The notes beneath the pieces are model-generated. The model did not search any database. It saw only the letters and a list, made by a program, of their open reading frames with translations, and was not told where the DNA came from. Shown here piece after piece: positions 29,929-38,070 of a stretch of 64,000 bases of DNA (the stretch's first letter is position 1; every line of letters begins with the position of its first letter). The stretch is taken from the NCBI GenBank assembly GCA_964291625.2, contig OZ220089.1, positions 3,232,001 to 3,296,000 of the forward strand, read 5' to 3'. The translations under genes and the position numbers were made by a program. This DNA comes from Candidatus Latescibacterota bacterium (GTDB lineage: Bacteria > Latescibacterota > UBA2968 > UBA8231).

Positions 29929-30054
29929 GAGGGCGTCCGGCCGCCGTTGCCGGCCGAACTCGACATGCCCCAGGTGGGACCGAATCACCTTCTCCGGGAT
30001 CGACCTGGACTCGGTGATTCAGGTCATCACCGCGCTCTGATTCGGCCAGGGTGC
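29929..30054 (+). pseudogene. Frameshifted relic of the 3' end of a C-type cassette gene (repeat copy 2)
   Basis: Matches 19027-19150 and has a 1-nt insertion (aatcaccttc vs aatcccttc); starts immediately after the giant gene's stop. Confidence 0.85.
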
Positions 30055-30200
30055 GGGGTCTCGCCCCTCCGTGACCTCCTTGAGGCGGCACGACCCTCGT
30101 GCCTGGACGAAGATCTACGGACTATCGCTGGCACAACTACAGCTGAGCCGGGGAGGGACTACTCCAGGCGCGGTCCACGGGCGGGCGTCCGGCCGCCGTA

Positions 30201-30388
30201 CCACACCCACGAGAAGGACCAGTCGGCGCCGTGGCGGCAGCCGAAGGGGACCGGCGAGCCGATGAGCAGGTGGCGGCGGTCCTGCTTCTGCCGGGAGCGC
30301 CCGTACCATCCCCAAGCCTCGTCGCTGGCGTGGGCGTCGTTCATGCGGAAGCCAGCGAAGACCTGCAGGCCGCTGCGCCGGGCGCCGT
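30201..30388 (-). pseudogene. Internal fragment of a GHL10-like gene (repeat copy 2 of 4719-4906)
   Basis: Translates MNDAHASDEAWGWYGRSRQKQDRRHLLIGSPVPFGCRHGADWSFSWVW, nearly identical to part of 3648-5303; no start or stop context of its own. Confidence 0.85.
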
Positions 30389-30402
30389 TGGCCGCCGACG
30401 GC

Positions 30403-30927
30403 CTACCTCAGATCGAACCTGACGCCAAGCCCCCGAAGCATCTCGACCGTGTTGTGACAGGTAATGTCGAACTCTCGGCACAGGTTTGGGATAGGCACTC
30501 GCCTCTTTACGTTTGGGTCGAATACCTCGTTTGTGACCAGGATGGCGCCGTGAACCTTTGCGTACGCCGCCAGCCATCCGTCCGCGCTACCTGCAAACTC
30601 ATGCTTCCCTACAGCAAGAAAGCGGGCACCGCCTTGGACCCAATTCTGCATGTCTGAGAAGACTTCCACAACCTCTTGTTCACCAGTAGAAGCGAACGCG
30701 CCGGACCAGTTCTCACTCAGCCAATTGACCAATCCATCGGGACTGGCCAATTCACTTCGTACTCGATCAATGCTCAACAACCTTCCTTTGCGCGCATAGC
30801 GTTCGAGGCAATCCCAGAATCCTGGATACAGGTCTATTGGATAGTGATCGTGCCAAGCAGTCATGAGTACATTGGCGTCCAATACATACAGACCCGTCGA
30901 GCTTCTGCGGGTCGAAGGGGTCGTCAC
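30403..30927 (-). CDS. DUF4411-family PIN-domain protein (putative toxin)
   Basis: YVLDANV..., YP...PGFW, ADGWLAAYAK, LVTNE, IPNLC pattern; ATGA overlap with upstream gene; lower GC. Confidence 0.85.
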   Translation of the reverse strand: MTTPSTRRSSTGLYVLDANVLMTAWHDHYPIDLYPGFWDCLERYARKGRLLSIDRVRSELASPDGLVNWLSENWSGAFASTGEQEVVEVFSDMQNWVQGGARFLAVGKHEFAGSADGWLAAYAKVHGAILVTNEVFDPNVKRRVPIPNLCREFDITCHNTVEMLRGLGVRFDLR

Positions 30928-32099
30928 AATACAAACCCCATTTCCTCCGGCATCTTGGCAAAGGTATCTCCCTTGAGTCCCGTAAGGCTGTATGCCTCGC
31001 GGTAGGACAACCGACCTTCCCTGACAGCACGACTCACTGCGGCCCCAAGACGAGCGCCCAACCGCCAGTGTTGGTTCCTCCAGAAGTCACCGCCGCGCCG
31101 GGGCTCGTCTTGTGAAGTCCTACTCGCGTCTCTTGCCTTGTTTGCTTCGTAGTATTCGAAGAAAACGCTTCGAGCTATCAACCGGCAGTCAAGAGCGCGG
31201 CGGGCAGCTACCACCGTGCTCACCTTGAAGTGTCGTGCCAGGTCCCGGAAAGGATCAGCTGTCTTCTTGGCAGAGGGCCATCGTTGGGTGAGTTCGCTCT
31301 CTGGCACCAGGAACTCGGCTGCCATGTGGTTGCAGGATTCCTCGGTCCGATCGCCCGTCCAGTGCAAGTCTTCAAGTTTGGACAAGCCAGGTTGATTGAC
31401 AAAGATGTGAGCGAGCTCATGGGCGAGGGTGAATATCTGAGCCGTCTTGTAGTCTGCGTTATTGACGAAAACAAGTGGAGCGTACTCATCTACCAGGGCA
31501 AATCCCTGGAATTCACCAGGATCCAGTTTTCGGTGAGTGTCGTTACCCACAACTCCATTGAAAACGACCAGGACGCCAGCGGATTCAATGCAGTCTCGCA
31601 ACGTCCGGAGGGCATTGGCCCAACTTCCTTCAGCTGCCGCCCACCCGCTCCTGAGGCGTAGCGCGTCGCTCATGGCCGCAGCAACCTGCTGCAACTCAGA
31701 GTCCGGGCTGAAAGCCCCAACGAATCGTAGAGGTGCAGCTTCCTGATGGATCAGCTCCTCTCGCATCCACAGCTGCCGCTGCTGCATCTGGAACACCGTT
31801 TCCAGCAGATTGGGACTTGGGCGGCTGGGCGTAGTACCCCCTCGGACACGAAAGTCCCTGATTGGCAGACTATCGTCCGGAGGTTCGGCCAGGTAGAGAT
31901 GACCGACAGGTGTATGGGTGCGCCTCGCCAGGGCGTCGGCCCTGGCCAAAGTGATCTTGCCGGAACTCTCCCACTCAGAAACGACCCGAGACTCAACCCC
32001 AAGCCGTTGAGCGAGTTGGCCCCGGTCCAGGCCGGCTCGCTCCCGTGCCCATCTCAGGACCGTAGGCTGAAGCGTTACTCTTGCGCGTCGACCCGTCAT
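30924..32099 (-). CDS. XRE-HTH + ImmA/IrrE (peptidase M78) metallopeptidase
   Basis: LRWARERAGL...EWESSG HTH; FVNNAD...QIFTLAHELAH zinc motif; E..CN..AAEFLVP; FKVS. Confidence 0.9.
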   Translation of the reverse strand: MTGRRARVTLQPTVLRWARERAGLDRGQLAQRLGVESRVVSEWESSGKITLARADALARRTHTPVGHLYLAEPPDDSLPIRDFRVRGGTTPSRPSPNLLETVFQMQQRQLWMREELIHQEAAPLRFVGAFSPDSELQQVAAAMSDALRLRSGWAAAEGSWANALRTLRDCIESAGVLVVFNGVVGNDTHRKLDPGEFQGFALVDEYAPLVFVNNADYKTAQIFTLAHELAHIFVNQPGLSKLEDLHWTGDRTEESCNHMAAEFLVPESELTQRWPSAKKTADPFRDLARHFKVSTVVAARRALDCRLIARSVFFEYYEANKARDASRTSQDEPRRGGDFWRNQHWRLGARLGAAVSRAVREGRLSYREAYSLTGLKGDTFAKMPEEMGFVL

Positions 32100-32366
32100 C
32101 ACTCACCGTCGTGCAACGTCCATTTGTATTCTGGGAGGCCGGCCGCCTTGAGGCTGACCACCCTCACTACACTTGGGGAAACGCAGTACCTGGGAACATA
32201 GATGCTCAAACGTGCAGGGACAAGCCTGTTGCCCCTGCGCTCTACCGGGGCCCTGTGGCTTCGAGCGTTCGGGAGGGCTGAAGCCTGGGGCGGTCCACGG
32301 GTACATCACTTGGCGACTGTGGACTCCATCTAGATGGCTGAGGGGCAGGAACCACTCGGAAAGATA

Positions 32367-32441
32367 TGGTGCTCCCACGGGGAGTCGAACCCCGGTTGCC
32401 AGATTGAAAATCTGGAGTCCTGACCGTTAGACGATGGGAGC
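32367..32441 (-). tRNA. tRNA-Glu (anticodon UUC)
   Basis: Reverse complement GCTCCCATCGTCTAACGGTCAGGACTCCAGATTTTCAATCTGGCAACCGGGGTTCGACTCCCCGTGGGAGCACCA: acceptor stem, CCAGA/TCTGG anticodon stem with TTC, GTTCGA T-loop, encoded CCA. Confidence 0.97.
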
Positions 32442-32515
32442 GACGCGGTGACGCGGGTACTGCGGAGGCGCTCGAAACTACGGGCGCCCCCAAACCTTAG
32501 CAAGACGGCTTCGCT

Positions 32516-33943
32516 TCAGTCGAAACCGCTCAGGTCGGGGTGGCGGCCGTTCCAGCCGGCGGCCGACTCGTAGGCCCGGGCCAGGCGCAGGAGCCCGGCC
32601 TCCTCGAAGGGCCGGCCGATCAGCATCAGGCCCACGGGCAGCCCGCCGCGGGTGAAGCCGCAGGGCAGGGAGATCGAGCACAGGCCGAGTTGGTTGGCCG
32701 CGGCGGTGTTGCGCAGGCAGAGGGCGTTGACGCGGCGGTAGGTCTCGCCCCAGTCGTCGCACTCCTGCAGGGGCAGCGCCGGGAAGGGGGTGGCCGGCGC
32801 CAGCAGGGCGTCGACGTTGCGCAGGGCCTCGGCGGTGCGGCGGCGCAGCGCATCCCAGGCGCGGCTGATCTCCACGTACTCGTGGGCGCTGACGTCGCGG
32901 CCGTCGAGCATGCGCTCGTAGACGATGGGATCGAAGTCGTCGGGGCGCCCCTCGAGCCACTCGCGGTAAGTGGCGTAGGTCTGCACGGCGATCAGGCTCT
33001 TGCTTGCCCGCAGCTCGGTGAGCCGGTCCAGCTCCTCCATGGAGATCTCGTCCACGTGGACGCCGAGGTCGGCGAAGACCTGGGCCGAGGCCCGCACCGC
33101 GCCCTCGACCTCGGGATCGACGTCCTCCCAGAAGTACTCCCTCGGAATGCACAGGCGGGTGCCGCCGGCCTCGCCCTCGAAGTCGTCGTCGGTGAGGTCG
33201 GGCTGGGCCAGGGTGTCGGGATCGGCGGGATCGGGGCCGGCGAGGAGGCTGTAGAGGAGGCCCACGTCGGCGACGCAGCGGGCCATGGGGCCCACCGAGT
33301 CGAGACGGGGGTCCAGGGGCAGCACGCCGGCGCTGCTGACGCGGCCGAAGGTCGGCTTGAGGCCGACGATCCCGCAGAAGGAGGCGGGGATGCGCACCGA
33401 GCCGCCCGTGTCGCTGCCGATGGCGGCGGCGGCCAGCCCCGCGGCGGCGGCCACGGCCGAGCCGCTGCTGGAGCCGCCGGGCAGGCGCTGCACCTCGGCG
33501 TCCCAGGGGTTCCAGGGGGTGCCGTAGTGGTGGTTGATGCCGGCCCCGCCGAAGGCGAACTCCACGGTGTGGGTCTTGCCGAGGAGGACGGCGCCGGCCT
33601 CGAAGAGCCGCCGCGCCACGGAGGCGTCGCGGGCGGCCACGTTGTCCCGCAGGATGGTGGAGCCGGCGGCCGTGGGCAGCCCGGCCACGTCGATCAGGTC
33701 CTTGAGGGCCAGCGGCAGGCCGTGCAGGGGGCCGCGGCTCACGCCGGCGTCGGTCCACTCGTCGGCGGCGCGGGCCATGGCCAGGGCGCGCTCGGCGGTG
33801 ACCAGGGCGTAGGCGTTGAGGGTCCCGTCGTAGCGCTCGATGCGGTCGAGGTAGAGCTCGGTCAGCTCCACGGAGCGCAGCTCGCCGTGGGCGATGAGGG
33901 AGGCCTGCTCGTGGAGCGGCGCGAAGGGAAGCCGGTCATCCAT
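32516..33943 (-). CDS. Amidase signature family protein (GatA/AtzE-like)
   Basis: GPLHGLPLALKD, GGSSSGSA, IGSDTGGSVRIPA; start trimmed to ATG 33943. Confidence 0.92.
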   Translation of the reverse strand: MDDRLPFAPLHEQASLIAHGELRSVELTELYLDRIERYDGTLNAYALVTAERALAMARAADEWTDAGVSRGPLHGLPLALKDLIDVAGLPTAAGSTILRDNVAARDASVARRLFEAGAVLLGKTHTVEFAFGGAGINHHYGTPWNPWDAEVQRLPGGSSSGSAVAAAAGLAAAAIGSDTGGSVRIPASFCGIVGLKPTFGRVSSAGVLPLDPRLDSVGPMARCVADVGLLYSLLAGPDPADPDTLAQPDLTDDDFEGEAGGTRLCIPREYFWEDVDPEVEGAVRASAQVFADLGVHVDEISMEELDRLTELRASKSLIAVQTYATYREWLEGRPDDFDPIVYERMLDGRDVSAHEYVEISRAWDALRRRTAEALRNVDALLAPATPFPALPLQECDDWGETYRRVNALCLRNTAAANQLGLCSISLPCGFTRGGLPVGLMLIGRPFEEAGLLRLARAYESAAGWNGRHPDLSGFD

Positions 33944-33948
33944 GGAAT

Positions 33949-34785
33949 TCAGCCCGCGTCGAAGGAGCCGAGGCCGCGCAGGTAGGCGGCGCTGCGGCGG
34001 GCGGCCTCCCCGGCGCCGCCGAGGGCGGCCGAGGCCTGGTGGACGGTGACCCAGCCGTCGTAGCCGAGGGCCGCGAGCTGCCGGAAGATCAGGGGGAAGT
34101 CGATGCCGCCCCCCTCCCACAGGGGGATCTGGTCGAAGGGGACGGGGCCGCGGCACCAGGTCTCGATGCGGTCGGCGCCGCCGTCGTGAAGGCGGTGGTT
34201 CTGCACGTAGACGTTGAAGATCCAGGGCGCCAGGGCCTGGAGCGTCGCCGCGCCGTAGTCCTGGCCGCACAGCTCTAGGTTCGCCGGCTCGTAGGTGACG
34301 CCGAAGTTGGCCCGGTCCACGGCGCGCAGCACCCGCACCGACTCGTCGACGGTCTCGAAGAGGGAGCGAGTGTGGCACTGGTGGGCGAGCCGCAGGCCGC
34401 GCTCGCGGGCCTCGTCAGCGGCGCGGCGGGCCCACTCGACGTCGTCCTCGGTCTTCATGCAGACCCGCAGCAGGTCGCAGTCGAGGCCGTCGGCCAGGTC
34501 CAGGTAGGGGGTGATGTTGCGCAGGGAGTCGGGGCCCTCGTCGGAGTTCTCGGGGATGGGGAAGTCGCCGGTGACCATGGAGACGCCGAGACCGCGGGCG
34601 GCCAGCAGCTCCCGCGCCGCCTCCACCTCCTCCCGGGAGGAGTCGACCCCGACCTGGGAGGCGCGCATGCAGATCGCCTGGTAGCCCTCGCCGGCGGCGA
34701 GGTCGGCCAGCTCCGCCAGGGGCATGGCGGCCTGGCGCTTGTCGGAGAAGCTCTCCGCCACCCGCGTCGACAGGGACAGCTTCAC
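33949..34785 (-). CDS. Sugar phosphate isomerase/epimerase (xylose-isomerase-like TIM barrel)
   Basis: GTG start overlapping the upstream stop; NFGVTYEPAN, GGIDF, GYDGWVTV motifs. Confidence 0.75.
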   Translation of the reverse strand: MKLSLSTRVAESFSDKRQAAMPLAELADLAAGEGYQAICMRASQVGVDSSREEVEAARELLAARGLGVSMVTGDFPIPENSDEGPDSLRNITPYLDLADGLDCDLLRVCMKTEDDVEWARRAADEARERGLRLAHQCHTRSLFETVDESVRVLRAVDRANFGVTYEPANLELCGQDYGAATLQALAPWIFNVYVQNHRLHDGGADRIETWCRGPVPFDQIPLWEGGGIDFPLIFRQLAALGYDGWVTVHQASAALGGAGEAARRSAAYLRGLGSFDAG

Positions 34786-35786
34786 GACAGCGGCCCCCGG
34801 TGGCCGGCGCGGATCGCCTCGCACAGCTGCATGGTGCGCACCGCGTCCTCCAGCGTGGACCAGGGCTGGCGGTCCTCAAGGATGCAGTCGGTGAAGTGCC
34901 TCACCTCGTCGAAGTCGGGACCGCCCACCGGCTCCAGGTCCAGCTCCTCCTCGACCGGCTCTCCCCGGGTCATGCCCTCGCCGGCGTCGGCGGCGGTGTA
35001 GAGCTCCACCTGCCGGCCCCGGGTCAGCTCCAGGTAGGCGGACAGGTCGTCGGCGTGGACCTCGGCGCGCTGGATGCGGAAGCCGACGCCGTAGTGGCTC
35101 ATGAGGACGCCGATGGCGCCGGTGTCGAAGCGGACCACGGCGTTGTGGCGGTGGTCGGTGGTGCGCCCGCCGTCGGCGACCTCCCCCTGGACGGCGATCG
35201 GCCGGGCCGCCGTCATCCCCTCGCCGGCGAGCCAGCGGATCAGGTCGACGTGGTGGATGGCGTCGCAGATCAGCGGGTCCGGGCTGCCCGGCACGTCCGG
35301 GGTGCCGATGCGGATCAGGGGCTTGTTGTAGGTGGCGGCCACGTGCACGGCGCCTCCCCGCTCCTGCACCATCCGCCGCACGGCCAGCACCTCGGGGTAG
35401 TAGCGCCGATTGAGGGAGACGATGGCCCGGCCCTTCGAGGCGGCCTCGGCCTCGGCCATCTGGCGCGTCTCCTCCGAGGTCATGCCGGGCGACTTCTCCA
35501 CCGACACGTGCAGCCCCCGGTCGAGCACCTCCACCACGATCGGCAGGAGATGGCCGGGCATGGTGACCACGTGGACCACGTCCAGCTCGACCTCGTCCAG
35601 GAGCCGGCGGTAGTCCTGGAAGCCGGGCACCGGCCCGTGCTCCTCCACCGCCCGGGCGAGCCTCTCCGGGTCGAGGTCGCAGACCCCGGCCAGCCGCAGG
35701 CGCGGCTCCTCGGCGATCATGCGGAAGTGGCCCTGGGCGTGGCCGCCGCAACCGATGACGGCGGCGTTCAGGCAAGGTGTGGACAT
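34782..35786 (-). CDS. Gfo/Idh/MocA family oxidoreductase
   Basis: VIGCGGHA Rossmann motif, VEKSP, NRRY, DAIHHVD. Confidence 0.9.
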   Translation of the reverse strand: MSTPCLNAAVIGCGGHAQGHFRMIAEEPRLRLAGVCDLDPERLARAVEEHGPVPGFQDYRRLLDEVELDVVHVVTMPGHLLPIVVEVLDRGLHVSVEKSPGMTSEETRQMAEAEAASKGRAIVSLNRRYYPEVLAVRRMVQERGGAVHVAATYNKPLIRIGTPDVPGSPDPLICDAIHHVDLIRWLAGEGMTAARPIAVQGEVADGGRTTDHRHNAVVRFDTGAIGVLMSHYGVGFRIQRAEVHADDLSAYLELTRGRQVELYTAADAGEGMTRGEPVEEELDLEPVGGPDFDEVRHFTDCILEDRQPWSTLEDAVRTMQLCEAIRAGHRGPLS

Positions 35787-35828
35787 GAGATCTCCTCTAC
35801 GGCGGTCAGCCGAGGTGCCGGCACGGGA

Positions 35829-36074
35829 TCATCGCCACGGCTCCGCATCGATCTGGTCAGAACGGCGGAGCTGGCGATCGAACTCGTCGGCTTCCTCCTG
35901 GCTCCAGGTGCCGGCCAGGGCGGACAGGTCCCTCTTCTTGCGGGACGGGTTCAGGCCCACGGCTTCCCGAAGCAGCCGGACCATGGTCCGGTTCAGACTC
36001 TCGCCCGACCTCCGCGCCCGCTCTCGAAGCGCGCGCTCCAGGTCCTCCGGAATGCCCCGGATCGTGGTCTGCAA
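35829..36074 (-). CDS. FitA-like ribbon-helix-helix antitoxin (no partner toxin seen)
   Basis: TTIRGIPEDLERALRERARRSGESLNR, then DLSALAGTWS..EA.EFD...QID..W, the pattern of VapC-associated antitoxins; TTG start. Confidence 0.7.
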   Translation of the reverse strand: MQTTIRGIPEDLERALRERARRSGESLNRTMVRLLREAVGLNPSRKKRDLSALAGTWSQEEADEFDRQLRRSDQIDAEPWR

Positions 36075-36145
36075 GGGGTTTCTCCCGTGCCGGTCTCAGT
36101 GGATGCCACAGTCTATGAAATCTCCTTGATGCAATCGCATTCCGC

Positions 36146-37960
36146 TCACCCCATCCTGGTGAACCCACCGTAGCCTTGGCGGTCCTCCTCGCCCTCCACG
36201 TCGCCGGCGGGGAAGTACTCGGGCCAGCGCCGCGTGACCCGCGCCAGGGTCTCCCCGTCGGCGAACAGCTCCTCCGGGAAGCCGGGCTTGAGGCGGCAGT
36301 CGAAGACGACCGGCGGTGTGAGGACCTCGTGATGGCGGTGGATCCGCGAGCCGGCGGCGTGCACGTCGGCGGCCGGCTCGAAGCGGGTGAAGGCGCTCCA
36401 CAGGAAGGCGACGTTGCGCTCGACCACGGCCGTGTCCTCGACCAGGAACAGCAGCGGCCACGAGGCAACGCGCGGATCCTGCGCCAGGCGTTGCGGGTAG
36501 TCCCGGTCCTCGGCGTAGGAGGGGCCGGCCACGGCGAGGGCGCCGGGACAGTAGACAGCCGCCTGGCGGGCGCCGGCGGGCAGCTCGCCGCTGAACTCGC
36601 CCGGCAGCTCCCGCACCGGATCGCCGATGCCGAGGAGGATCCCCTTGCTGCCCTCGTTCACGGCGGGCCCCGAGTAGTCGAGGGTGTCCATGGCGAGGTT
36701 GGCGATGACGAAGAGGTCGGTCTCGAAGCGGCAGCGGGCGAGCACGTGGGCCAGGACCTGCCGGAAGTCGGCCTGGTCGACGCCCGGGCCGTCGTAGACG
36801 ACGAGGAACTTGGTCAGCGCCAGCTGGCCGCCGTCCTCGCCGAGGATGCGGAAGGCGAACTTCATCGCCTCGCGCTTGTAGCGCTCCTCCACGACGATCG
36901 AGGTCAGGCAGTGGTAGCCGGTCTCGCCGTAGCTCCAGACGGAGTGGATCGAGGGCATGACGAGACGGGTCAGCGGCGCCATCAGCTCCTGGATGTAGTT
37001 GCCGAGCCACAGGTCTTCCTGGGGCGGCTTGCCCACCACGGTGGCGGGGAAGACGGCGTCCCGGCGGTGGAAGAGGCGCTCCACCTGCAGGACGGGGTAG
37101 TCGTGGCGCAGCGAGTAGTAGCCGAAGTGGTCGCCGAAGGGTCCCTCCGGCCGCCGCTCGTGAGGCGGGACGTGCCCCTGGACGGCGAACTCGGCCTCGG
37201 CCAGGAGCGGGTGCGGGTGACCGTCGACGTGCGTGCGGCGAACCTTGCCGCCCTGCAGCAGCGAGGCCAGCACCAGCTCGGGCACGTTCTCGGGGAGCGG
37301 ACCGATCGCCGCCAGGATCAGCGCCGGAGGGCCGCCCACCAGCAGGGTGAGGGGCAGGGGCCGGCCCTCCCGTTCGGCGGCGTGGTAGTGGAAGCCGCCC
37401 CCCTTCTGGATCTGCCAGTGCACGCCGAGGGTGCGCTCGTCGTACCGCTGCATGCGGTACATGCCGAGGTTGTGGTGGCCGGTCCCGGGGTGCTCGGTGT
37501 AGACCAGGGGGAGGGTGACGAAGTGGCCGCTGTCCTCGGGCCAGGTCTTGAGCAGGGGCAGCCGCGCGAGGTCCGGCCTCGCCTGGCGGCGCTCGGCGAC
37601 GGGGGCGGAGCGCACCGACTTCAGGCCCACCCGCAGGGCCTCGCGGGCCAGACCGCGGCGGGACCACAGCTTCCCCGGCGACAGGTCGGGCAGGTCCTGC
37701 GCCAGGCTGACCAGCTCGCGCAGGAACCGCCCCGGCCGGGGCCCGAAGGCGAGCTCCACCCGCCGCGGCGTGCCGAAGAGGTTGGTGACGCAGGGGAAGT
37801 CGGCGCCCTCGACGTTGCGGAACATCAGCGCCGGGCCCCCGGCGGCGATGACCCGGCGGTGGATCTCGGCGATCTCGAGGTCGGAGGAGACCGGCGCCTC
37901 CACGTCGACAATCTCCTTCTCGCGCCGCAGCAGGTCCAGGAACTGCCCGAGGTTGGTCAT
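36146..37960 (-). CDS. UbiD-family (prFMN) decarboxylase, possibly menaquinone (futalosine pathway) type
   Basis: EIAEIHRR, NLFGT, NLGMYRMQ, EGPFGDHFGYY, VVGKPPQED, DTLDYSG. Confidence 0.88.
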   Translation of the reverse strand: MTNLGQFLDLLRREKEIVDVEAPVSSDLEIAEIHRRVIAAGGPALMFRNVEGADFPCVTNLFGTPRRVELAFGPRPGRFLRELVSLAQDLPDLSPGKLWSRRGLAREALRVGLKSVRSAPVAERRQARPDLARLPLLKTWPEDSGHFVTLPLVYTEHPGTGHHNLGMYRMQRYDERTLGVHWQIQKGGGFHYHAAEREGRPLPLTLLVGGPPALILAAIGPLPENVPELVLASLLQGGKVRRTHVDGHPHPLLAEAEFAVQGHVPPHERRPEGPFGDHFGYYSLRHDYPVLQVERLFHRRDAVFPATVVGKPPQEDLWLGNYIQELMAPLTRLVMPSIHSVWSYGETGYHCLTSIVVEERYKREAMKFAFRILGEDGGQLALTKFLVVYDGPGVDQADFRQVLAHVLARCRFETDLFVIANLAMDTLDYSGPAVNEGSKGILLGIGDPVRELPGEFSGELPAGARQAAVYCPGALAVAGPSYAEDRDYPQRLAQDPRVASWPLLFLVEDTAVVERNVAFLWSAFTRFEPAADVHAAGSRIHRHHEVLTPPVVFDCRLKPGFPEELFADGETLARVTRRWPEYFPAGDVEGEEDRQGYGGFTRMG

Positions 37961-38070
37961 GGGGCCGGAAGGTAACGGCGGCTGCGGAGGGGCGGCAATG
38001 CGGCCGCCGTCGGTGCTTTGCCGTTGTGAGAGGGGCCGGCTAGATTCGGCGAGGACTGGGGAGCGGTGAC

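Noticed and set aside
32100-32441. Integrative element (attL/attR) at tRNA-Glu
   Set aside because: I found no integrase and no duplicate of the tRNA 3' end in the window by eye; only indirect island evidence remains.
32516-33943. Calling the amidase gatA because it neighbours tRNA-Glu
   Set aside because: No gatB or gatC is adjacent, and it lies in a catabolic operon; it is a generic amidase-signature enzyme.
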